From Balanoglossus misakiensis (lineage: Eukaryota; Animalia; Hemichordata), in the NCBI GenBank assembly GCA_040954595.2, contig CM082588.2:7018202-7082201 (forward strand): a DNA stretch of 64,000 nucleotides, given 5' to 3'. A program made the position numbers and the translations under genes. Below the pieces are notes generated by a model that was given only the letters and a program-made list of their open reading frames with translations, searched no databases and was not told where the DNA came from. Shown one piece after another: positions 28,498-37,583 of this stretch; position 1 is the first letter of the stretch; every line of letters starts with the position of its first letter.

Positions 28498-29700
28498 TTA
28501 GTTTTTTTCCTGTTCAGATAACATTGCTTTGTACTCCTGTGCCCACTTGCCCCAGACATACTCCTGACCACAGGCTTCTGTTATGTTTAGGTATTTCAGT
28601 GCATTGGCAGAGTCATCTTGTTCTTGGTAAGCGTCGGCAAGATGATAACATGCCCATAGTATGTAATGTGGGTCAGAGAGGGTGGTGATCAGATGGGTAC
28701 ATATTTCACATGCATCACTGTACTGTTTCAAGTATATGAGGGCAACGGCCTTCGCGAGAGAAGCAGAGGGATACAAACCACCTGCATATGCAACTGCTTT
28801 GTCGAAACACTCTATGGCTTTTAACAGGCACTGGCGATTGCTTTCTATCGGATTGTGTCGGTATTTGTTCACGTATGTGGCTCCTAGGTTCCTCGCGAAA
28901 TATGGATTGTCTGGATCTTGTGCCGCAGCATTGTGAATAACTCGCAGTGCTTTTTCGAAGTCTCCAACATTTCTGTGGCAGTAATAAAGACGTGCAGACT
29001 CCACCGTGAAATGGGATAAAGGGGTTAATTCGAGTGCTTTCTGAATGAGTTGACCTGCTTCTTCATAGCGACCTTCATTGAGTGACAGCTCACTTAAAAG
29101 TGCCAAAGCATAGCTGTGATGGGCATTTTTCTTAAGAACTCTCTCAAGCAAATTTCTTTCTTGTGCCATTATTTGTAAAGCTTCCTTACATTTTGAATTT
29201 CCATAGACACGATTATCTTTTCGTGAAAGAATGAATGCTTGCCAAAACAGCCAATCTGTTTGTTCTGGAAGTTCTACTGAAGCACGATCAAAGCTATCAA
29301 CTCCCTCATCACACGTTTTCTTGATAAAATAAGCAAGAGAGACACCCTTGTGAGCATATACATACGCTTTCTGTTTCCCTGACAATTTATCAAGTGACAA
29401 AGTTTCTATCAACTTTAGCGTTTCATCAACTCTCTCCATCTCACCCGACATGAAATGAACCCATGCTTTATCTGCAAGAAGAACCAACTTATCACCAAGT
29501 GGACCATCGTCGTCACCATCACAGCTGTCGAGTTCTTTCTGGTTGTCGGTGAGGGCGTCATCAAACCACTTCAAAGCGGCACTTGGATCTCTCTTGTCTT
29601 CTGATCTCAGTTTGGACATGTACAGGTAACCTTTCATGGCTTTAAGGGAAACTGGAGAGAACTCCTGGTTGTGATATTTAAGGGTGTTGTCCAATTTGCA
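28498..29700 (-). CDS. Terminal exon: IFIT-like tetratricopeptide-repeat region (copy 1)
   Basis: The preceding exon gives LQRFPCHFTWKL (IFIT N-terminal CHFTW hallmark). LVLLADKAWVHFMSGE resembles IFIT LVTWGNYAWVYYHM, and HKGVSLAYF...FDRASVELPE resembles EKGWALLKF...FEKALEVEPD. Multiple TPR helix pairs. Confidence 0.8.
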   Translation of the reverse strand, partial: CKLDNTLKYHNQEFSPVSLKAMKGYLYMSKLRSEDKRDPSAALKWFDDALTDNQKELDSCDGDDDGPLGDKLVLLADKAWVHFMSGEMERVDETLKLIETLSLDKLSGKQKAYVYAHKGVSLAYFIKKTCDEGVDSFDRASVELPEQTDWLFWQAFILSRKDNRVYGNSKCKEALQIMAQERNLLERVLKKNAHHSYALALLSELSLNEGRYEEAGQLIQKALELTPLSHFTVESARLYYCHRNVGDFEKALRVIHNAAAQDPDNPYFARNLGATYVNKYRHNPIESNRQCLLKAIECFDKAVAYAGGLYPSASLAKAVALIYLKQYSDACEICTHLITTLSDPHYILWACYHLADAYQEQDDSANALKYLNITEACGQEYVWGKWAQEYKAMLSEQEKN

Positions 29701-32700
29701 CTGTAAGAACTACAGTACATGGAAAGGCATGTTATATTGTCACGTGCAAACCTCGGGTCTCAGGCTCATTAACTCACATAATATAAGAGCTTCAACTGAC
29801 ATAAACATTCGACAAATAACATTTTACACTTTAAATGATGTGAAAATATAGAAATAATGAATGACGCCCTGACCATTAACGTTTGTTTATGGGCAAGGGC
29901 GAGGGGAAAGCCAAAAATTCATGGGCAAGGCTTTTTTTCGAGCCCGAGCCCATAAACAAACGTTAATGGTCAGGGCGGAGTCGGTCATTTCCATTATATT
30001 GCCAACGAACTCAAGAAAACCGTCAAAATTTATGAAAATGTCCCACGCAAAAGACTAGGGGCCTGTAACTTGTGTTACGCAAAATGTTGTATTCACTGAA
30101 CTGTTTGCTAAAATTATTATTCAGATTTTATACGGGCATGTAAACAAACCATTACTGAGTATTTGTGGTCAGTGACGTCATTCATCTTGACCAATTAAAA
30201 TGCAGCGCACAGGCCATGGTAATATAATTAGGTATTCAGGATGTTTCTTTTCGCGTTTCAATTAACTTTAGGGGATAACTTATTATCCTCAATGGAATAG
30301 TTGTTAAACATTTTCTTAATTTTATGATATTCCAACCAACACAGATGTAATGAAACGCTATTTATTATAAACTTCCAAAAAACATCAATGAAAGTCCTCA
30401 CCTCAAAACTATGGTCACAAAATTCTTCTAGTTTCCAGGTAAAGTGGCAGGGAAACCTCTGCAGTATTTCTTCATAGGACTTTGCTGTATCCTTCAATCC
30501 CGTTATGTGTGTAACTGAAAATTCTATTGAATAGTAAAAACAAAGTTTGGAATTTAAACTGATTTCACGATTTTAATTTTAAATTGAGATTGGTCTATTG
30601 AAATTAGCTTTTATTTATTATGGTATGCCTACATTTTATGAGAGAGTTGCGTTGTATCAAACAGTGAATGAAACAACATAAATATCTATCAGCGCAACAA
30701 CATAAATATCTATCAAAAGAAACTAAAACAACCAAAATAACGTCAATATTGAGTGATCTTGTTCGTTCAGTTTTTTGAAGCAATATTCCCGTGGGAAAAT
30801 CAGTTGAAAACTAATAATTGAGTTTAAAAATAAATATTCCAGACGATGTTAAAGGTATACCAGTCACCTATGGAAAATTAGCTATAGTTACCATGGCAAA
30901 TTGAGATCTAGCCAATCACAGATTTTCAGTGGGTGGCACATGGGAAAAAAGAGCGCCGTCATATGTTCTTTAGAACGATCAAATACCCCATTTCAGCCAT
31001 ATATGGGCAATTGTGTAAATTGGACGTGACTGTATAATCATTTTGCAAAGATTGTCAATTGCAGGAAAGAAAGGGAAGATTTTGAGACCAAACTCTTAAA
31101 TTTGCTTTTGCTCCTAGACCCAACAAATCTGTAAAAGAAATTAAATTCAGCCTTTCAGGGTCATGTATACTTTCATAATCGAAGTTGTTAGGGGCAGATT
31201 CTTTTTTTTCATTAGGAGCAGATGATATAACTGATGCATGGATATGTTGCACATAACTACATTACCTTCGATGTTCTTGTCTACAGGTGGCGCAGTTGCA
31301 GTTTTCGTTTCCTTAAGTTCGTCGATAGTCTGAAGTAACTGCCGATTTTTGTCCATGGTCGTTTGATTTTCCTCTTTCAGTTTGATATTTATCATGGTTA
31401 GTTTCGAACTTTGGTTTTCACTGCTCTTCAGCATTTCCTTCAGACGCTGACTTGTCTGCTCACTTTCTTCACCAAGAACACGAATTCTTCCTTCACTTTC
31501 TCTCTTAAGAAGCGTATATTCCCTCTCCTTGGATTGTAGTATGTCTTGAATCTTCTTGTTTTCATTAAAGAGCGAAGTGATGACGGAGAGATAGTTGTCT
31601 GTCGAGATTGGTTCCAAGACACGAGCAGCTCCTTCTTTTGAAATAGATTCCGCCAGAATCTTGTCCGATTCTTTGGTGCCAGTTTTCAAGATGTTGACGC
31701 CACTTTGATTGACCAATCTCTTCATTTCTGATGAAAATGTGATTCAATATTGTTAGCAAAATGTTATATATGATCGATACAATGTAACCCCCTTTGCAAT
31801 TGGGTCGGAGGCAATAGAATGCAAATAAATGGGCACTATCTATTTTAGTTTATGCTCGATGTGCAAATCAATGGGAGAACAGTACAGACCTATCTTTAGA
31901 ATCAAACTTCAACAAGCAGCCAACTAAAGAAAAACATTCCCTTAATAAAACAAATTTCAGCAGCAAGCTTATTTGTTTTGATTGATTGAATAGAGTATTG
32001 TTTGACCAACTTCCATGCCTAAATGTTTGTGAACACTAACCTTCTCTATCATATCTGAATGTCTCTCCCTCTTGTAAAGTGATCGAAGACAACTGTTGGC
32101 TATCCAAAACCAAACACCGTCTGATTCCAAGGACACCAAGAACTTCTGGCCGTTCATCCAACAACGAAGACAGCTGTAGAGGGCGCTGTATTTTTATCAA
32201 CAGTACGATTGGTGTCTGTGTGTCTCCCACATCAACATCTATCTCAGCTTCCAAAGTGCCGGAACCACCAAGTAGTTTTGATAAACCGATTCTGTTTTGG
32301 CGTGTGGCATAGACATGTCGATCAACCTCCAAGGCAACCATTGCACTATTGTCATCTGCAGGTACAAAGATCGATAATAGGCAAAATAAATTGTATGTAT
32401 TCTCATTAAAATGAGCACATGTTTTACTGAATAGTGGAGTATACTTTTTATGCAAACATTTCAAACAAATGGATTATCAGCTGGAAACATAAGAACCTAT
32501 GGAGGCGTTCAAAATATCACAATATGTCATATCATATCTGTAAGCACTTGCCTGGTTCAATCAGAATATCTTCAAGTTCTGAACACTTCTCTCCACATAT
32601 TTCACAGATGTCAGCCGATTTCACTTCCGGGACAAAACCTACAAAGATATACGTCAACGTCATGAGATGTTTTATTTACTACATCTCCTATTTACAAGTC

Positions 32701-35442
32701 GGACAAGTATTTTGTGATGGTGAGAAAGTCATTATCGGGCATTGTAAATACGTGTTTGATAAGAAATTTAAGGCAAAATAAAAAAATGTGCTGTTTCACT
32801 CTCCGTCGACCTACCCTACTTTTAGCCCGCCGACCCAAAACTTTTTAGAGCTTTGTATTAAACCGGAAGTAAAAATAACGATGTCAAATATACAAAATTT
32901 GTGAAAATTGCGAGAATCTCGCAAGAACTACGACTGCCAAAGATATAAAAAAATTGCAATAAAAAATTTCCCTAGTTACCTACCCTATTTTTGAAAACCA
33001 TGTAATCGGAACAGCACATATTTTTTTCATTTGGCCTAGCTATTAAAGTTGAGTACAAATGACTGCTCTGAAATCAGCTTACCTTCGTTCATGTACTTCA
33101 ATTCTGCTCGACACCGTCTATATCGCCACACCTCTATGGTTGTCTTAAGGGGAACATCTGATACATTCAATCTATGAAGCATAGATTCTTTGACGATATC
33201 AGCCTTGAATAGTTCCCCCAATCTCCCTTGTCTGTAGTCACTCCATAATTTCTCCAACGCCTCTGATGTCTGACATGCCAACACAACACACAGACACCCT
33301 TGCTTGATTTCCTGAATTGTGATTCCACCAACACTGTTCAGATACTCTTTCACCTTTGGGAAATCGTCTTCAGATTTGATGCTGTAAATTTCTCTTTCTA
33401 TGCGTTCAGCCTGATCTGCAGTCAAGTTGGCATTGTCGACGTAAATATGAATCTCGATATCCCCTGAAATAAAGTTTATCAATATTAATACATTGGCGTG
33501 AAATAATTTAACTTCAGCCTGAACTGCCATGTATTAAACATGCAAGGGATAAATCCACCATCTTTAAAATCTGTTGACCGCATTTAAATCTCAGGGCAGT
33601 TGAAAACCACTTTTGTTCGAAACATCCCATATACTAGTATTTAGATGGAGAAATCCATACATTGTATCGCGAGTGTGCTTACGTAATGAATATTTTACCT
33701 CGAGTTGTTCTGAAGGTATGTGTGTAAGTTTGTCCACCACCAGAAGCTTGTCCGTCGCTGTGGTCATCGTTACCATCTCCACTTTCAAACCCGTTGCCCG
33801 GTGGAAGATTTTCAGCCTGTCCTCCTGCGCTGTTGCCATTGGTGATCGAACTTCCTTGTTCCTGGACTGGGATTGTTTTCGGGTTGTCGACCCCTTGAAA
33901 GAGGGAAGAAAAAAGTGCAGGAATCTAAATGTCAACATCTTTTAATTTAGAATAATACATTTGTCAGTGTTTATTATGAAGCATGCAAATTTGATCTTAT
34001 ATCTACATGTGTAACACTTGGTCGTGATGCAAGATAGTTCTGATTAATCATGCAAATTTTAGTCTTAAGTTGACCACACTTTATGTCAGTTTTTTAGTCC
34101 TTTCATTCATGATCAGTGAAAATCTTAATGACATGTAATATTTTCTTCTTGAAGACAGTCATTATCATTTACCTTTTGAGGATTCTTCCCCAGGGTCTTC
34201 ACACTCTGCAGAACTAAGTGTAGAAGAATCCAGCAATTTCTTTTGTTGAACTGCAATGAAACCATCCTCTGCGGATTTATGAAGTGCTTTACTCAATTCT
34301 TGGGATGCGTGTTGAGCACGACCATATTTACACAGGATAGGCATGATGGTGTCTAACCATTTTTCACTTTCGCTATCGACATTTTGGCAGAGTCCAGTGT
34401 CACAAGACGGGACAGAGATGGCGGGGAAGTGTTCATCTATGAACGATGCAAGGCCTGATTGCTTTGGTTGTATTGTGGGCACACCGGCAGCACAAGACAT
34501 AAGACCGATCACACCAAATGGATCACCTTTAGTTGTGAATATTACCACGAGGTCACACTGCATCAGATCTTTCTTTAAGTGGTCCATCGATGCCTTGTTT
34601 GGATATAGCCGAATATTCAACAGGTGTGACGCGGCCATCTTCTCCAGTTTCTGCTGAAACATTTTGCATGGTGTTGATGTTACAAGTCCCCGGAATTTCC
34701 ACTTAGTCTTTTTATCGTAATAGTTAAAATGGTGAGCAACTTTTCCCATGCTACGTGCTGCTGCTTCGAATTCCTCCAGATCTTGCAGGCTTGATATTGT
34801 GTGTACAGACAGGACTTCTATTGTGTTCCCCAACTCTGAATTACTAGCTGGACGCTGACCAACACCCATCTTTGCCAAGGGAATGTACAGCTCATGCGCC
34901 ACTTCTGAATTCAGAGAAACTTGAATCTTCCTCTTGTAGTCATCGCATACTGATGGACCAACTGACAAAATGGCGGAAGCCGCATTGATATATTCCATAA
35001 TTTCACCATCAAGGATTTCCAAATCGGAAGGCTCCAAGCTCATGTTGTCTATCATATCCGACAAAACTGGAACGAATCTCGGAATCCCAAGATCCTTTTG
35101 AATACACTTCGCAACATCGGCAGTTCCGTTCGTGCAAGCAGTGCCATATATTGTTGTAATCGGGAGACATTTCTTCAACTCGGGGAATCGGTCAAGGTGA
35201 CAAATTAACCAGTCCCTTTGCGGTTTCTGATTTCTCTTGACAGTTGGAAGAATCAACTCCACTCCATGTTTGCTCGCGTCCTCCACCTCTTCGTCTGTTG
35301 CTTCCAAAACCATGAAGGAGACTTTATTTTCTCTGACAGCAAGGTCTATCGCTATTTGTCTTTCAGTGATACATGTTGCTATGTTACGCCTTCTTGGCCA
35401 CCATTCTTCTCCAACAACCAATACACGATTACTGTGAGACAT
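28498..35442 (-). CDS. Multidomain putative immune protein, copy 1 (1341 aa): GT4-like glycosyltransferase + TRADD-N-like + unknown domain + coiled coil + IFIT-like TPR
   Basis: Manually spliced exons 35442-34173, 33893-33699, 33463-33083, 32638-32552, 32355-32041, 31727-31266, 30514-30402, 29700-28498 total 4026 nt with an open frame. Splice sites are GT-AG except one GC-AG. Exon lengths are identical in copy 2. Confidence 0.85.
29847..30228. mobile_element. Copy-1-specific ~380-bp intronic insertion containing a long hairpin
   Basis: Inverted repeat gccctgaccattaacgtttgtttatgggc ... gcccataaacaaacgttaatggtcagggc (~29866-29976). Copy 2 lacks it and joins ttacactttaaatgatg almost directly to gatattcagcatg. 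Confidence 0.6.
30849..31035. mobile_element. Kolobok-like MITE copy in intron (shared with copy 2)
   Basis: ttaaaggtataccagtcacc...gtgactgtata; same internal sequence as 23577 in reverse orientation. Confidence 0.55.
31266..31727 (-). CDS. Exon: coiled-coil region (copy 1)
   Basis: E/K/Q/L-rich heptad-like stretch (LFNENKKIQDILQSKEREY...LKEENQTTMDKNRQLLQTIDELKE); 462 nt, phase 1-1. Confidence 0.75.
32768..33038. mobile_element. ~270-bp MITE in intron (also at ~47978-48246)
   Basis: Terminal inverted repeats taaggc(c)aaataaaaaaaatgtgctgttt ... gaacagcacatatttttttcatttggccta, present in both paralogs. Confidence 0.65.
33083..33463 (-). CDS. Exon: TRADD-N-like domain (copy 1)
   Basis: IQEIKQGCLCVVLACQTSEALEKLWSDYRQGRLGELFKADIV...LKTTIEVWRYRRCRAEL fits the G[SC]L...C.S...LE.LW.DY.SG.L...L.TTI...Y..C pattern I recall from TRADD-N-like domains of invertebrate NLR-type proteins. 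Confidence 0.7.
34173..35442 (-). CDS. Exon: GT4/GT-B glycosyltransferase-like domain (copy 1)
   Basis: N-terminal RVLVVGEEW...RQIAIDLA, internal AASAILSVGP and C-terminal DLMQCDLVVI...DPFGVIGL.SCAAGVPTI....SGLA resemble GT4 domains fused to invertebrate NLR-type proteins. Acceptor cttgtag|G-ATG. Confidence 0.8.
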
Positions 35443-36523
35443 CCTACAAGATGAATATACTACATGAATAAGATGCAAGATATGATTTTTCATTTTAGTG
35501 AACATAACACTGTTTTACACATTTTCTTGAACAATATGTGTTCATCCTACATGTAGTATGGTTGACATGTTTGTGTGTGTGGGCCTACATAGGTTGACTG
35601 TCACTGACACATATTTAATGTATACCAGAACACAGTGAAAACACCCCCTATTCTAATGGCAAAAGGGTCTAAAGCATTATGTATTTTTGGTTTGAACATA
35701 ATTTCGCTTCATTTGGTCACCCTCTCTTAGCAGGTCATTGACTGGGTCACTGGTTCTAGATTTATAGTCACTGGTTCTAGATTTATACGCAACATTAAAA
35801 TGGGGCAATCCATTAAGTCTTCTGTTTTACTTCCTTTACCACATATTTCATGATTTATATATTTTAAATCACACATTTTCTTATTTTTAAATTAAATTGG
35901 TTTTGTTACTTCACATGTTGAATTTATTAGTCCGAACACAGGATTGCTGATTCAAATTCATGATGGTTCATTTGAGGTCACCACCCCCTAAGCGACAACG
36001 CGTCATAGAAAGAGGTCAGCGATATACACAAAGGGTTTCTCACTCAATTGTGGCATTCCAAAAGTGAAAGAACGCGAAGTGAAAAAGAAGTCAAACAATC
36101 AACTGTCAAATAGTAAAGCATGCGAACATTAATGGTAGACTCAGGTCAAAGGTCATTAGTATTACACTGGTAGCATTGCTGGATATTCTGTCAATAAATT
36201 CACAGTGTGTACAACAAAATTGACGTCAACAATTTTGATTCAAAAGGTCAACTGAGTTCAGACCAACCTCCCACAAACAGAACAAAACTGTGCATATCAT
36301 GTTATTGTTAATGACGAGGAAGTACAAAATTATATCACTTACTTCGAGTCTTAAACGACCTTAAACTTCTAATTCCACATTTCAAACTAGAGTAAACAAA
36401 ATGACAGAGCACTAAGTGACCCAGTATACCATTACCTGTGAATGTTTTACCCAACCATTTGAAATTGTATTTTCTTGAAGTAAGTCGATACACATGGCAG
36501 CTACATTTTCTGTACTGAAATCA

Positions 36524-36590
36524 CAGCTGTTCCGCCGGGGGGAGGTGATATGTTAGTTTCCCCAATCCCCCCTCCCCGGCGGAACAGCTG
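36524..36590. repeat. GC-rich short inverted repeat (hairpin)
   Basis: cagctgttccgccggggggagg ... cctccccggcggaacagctg. Confidence 0.75.
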
Positions 36591-36860
36591 CGTTTCCACA
36601 GCTATAGGGTATATATAGGTCCAGGTCAAAGGTCGTGTACACCACAGGCGCGTGTATAGATGCTATATGTTATTTCTCAAGGTACAACGTATAGAGAGAA
36701 ATAAATGTTTTGTTGTTTCGTGAGGGCGCTGTTTATGGGAGTATGAATATCAAGTAGGTGGGGTTAATCAGGTCAGTCTACGCGCTACCACCGGCCAGTC
36801 AAGTCGCCTTGTGATCCGTTAAATTTTTCGCTCGTCGGTTGCCCCTCGTTCTCCTACGAA

Positions 36861-37574
36861 ATGTCAGCAGCTGATGGTAATCCCAACAACGATCCTGCCA
36901 TAGACATTCAGAGGATCATACAGGCGAACAACAACCAGTTGTTAGTATCCATCAATCAGCTAGTGACGGATAAAATGACTACGATGAAACAGGACTTGCA
37001 GTCCACTCAAGAAGTAGTAAATCGAGAGCAGATGGCGGAGATAAAGAAGATCAAGTTTGCGGAAGTTCCACGCTTCAAAAGAAAAGCCAACGAGGATCAA
37101 TACAAGCACAACTGTAAGGTGTTGGACACGTTGGACGATAGCAAAACCAGTATGGAGTTGAAGAATTTCGAAGATGCCAAGCTGAAACTCGCTAAAGGTA
37201 TTGACATGGTCAACCAAAGACAAAAACTTATATTGCTAGCAGATAGTTCTGACTTCGGTTGGGGAACAGCACTGGAATACCAGTCCCATGAGCTAGCAGA
37301 AGATAGTGATGACGAAAAAAGAATATGGAAGGCAGAAATGAGAGCGAGTCGAAAACTCAAAGAGAAGAAAAACAAGAAACCCCGCTTTTCGCAGAAGTCG
37401 GATTCTTTCAGCCAACAGACTGAACCAGCGACGAAACGGAACTCATTTGGAACGAGTCAGAGGCCCGGGGTATGTTTCGCCTGCGGGAAGGCGGGACACT
37501 ACAGGTCGGAATGTAGAGCGACGGTGGCGAGCACTACTGGTGGTGGTAATGGTAGTGGCGGCGGGAAGCCCTGA
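36861..37574 (+). CDS. Gag-like protein with CCHC zinc knuckle
   Basis: CFACGKAGHYRSEC (C-x2-C-x4-H-x4-C); RQKLILLADSSDFGW...EY...LAEDSDDEKRI motif typical of this ORF1 type. Confidence 0.88.
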   Translation: MSAADGNPNNDPAIDIQRIIQANNNQLLVSINQLVTDKMTTMKQDLQSTQEVVNREQMAEIKKIKFAEVPRFKRKANEDQYKHNCKVLDTLDDSKTSMELKNFEDAKLKLAKGIDMVNQRQKLILLADSSDFGWGTALEYQSHELAEDSDDEKRIWKAEMRASRKLKEKKNKKPRFSQKSDSFSQQTEPATKRNSFGTSQRPGVCFACGKAGHYRSECRATVASTTGGGNGSGGGKP

Positions 37575-37583
37575 CTATATGGA

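Larger units (their letters stand above)
26931..35450. repeat. Segmental duplication copy 1 (paralog at ~42229-50656)
   Basis: Homology starts at caacaatttcgccatagatcaccctgaatg (26931 vs 42229) and covers the 3' flank, exons and most introns. It ends at catcctacaag just past the GT4-exon acceptor. Offset ~15.2-15.3 kb. Confidence 0.95.

Noticed and set aside
33591-33938. ORF-track protein ...STTRKQSQSRNKEVRSPMATAQ... (and 48799-49143)
   Set aside because: Wrong frame. Splice phase puts the exon (33893-33699) in the frame GVDNPKTIPVQEQGSSITNGNSAGG..., a low-complexity linker.
28498-35505. Treating the GT4, TRADD-N-like, coiled-coil and TPR ORFs as separate genes or a bacterial operon
   Set aside because: Each ORF is bounded by splice sites with compatible phases in both copies, and several ORF-track starts are intronic or TTG/GTG.
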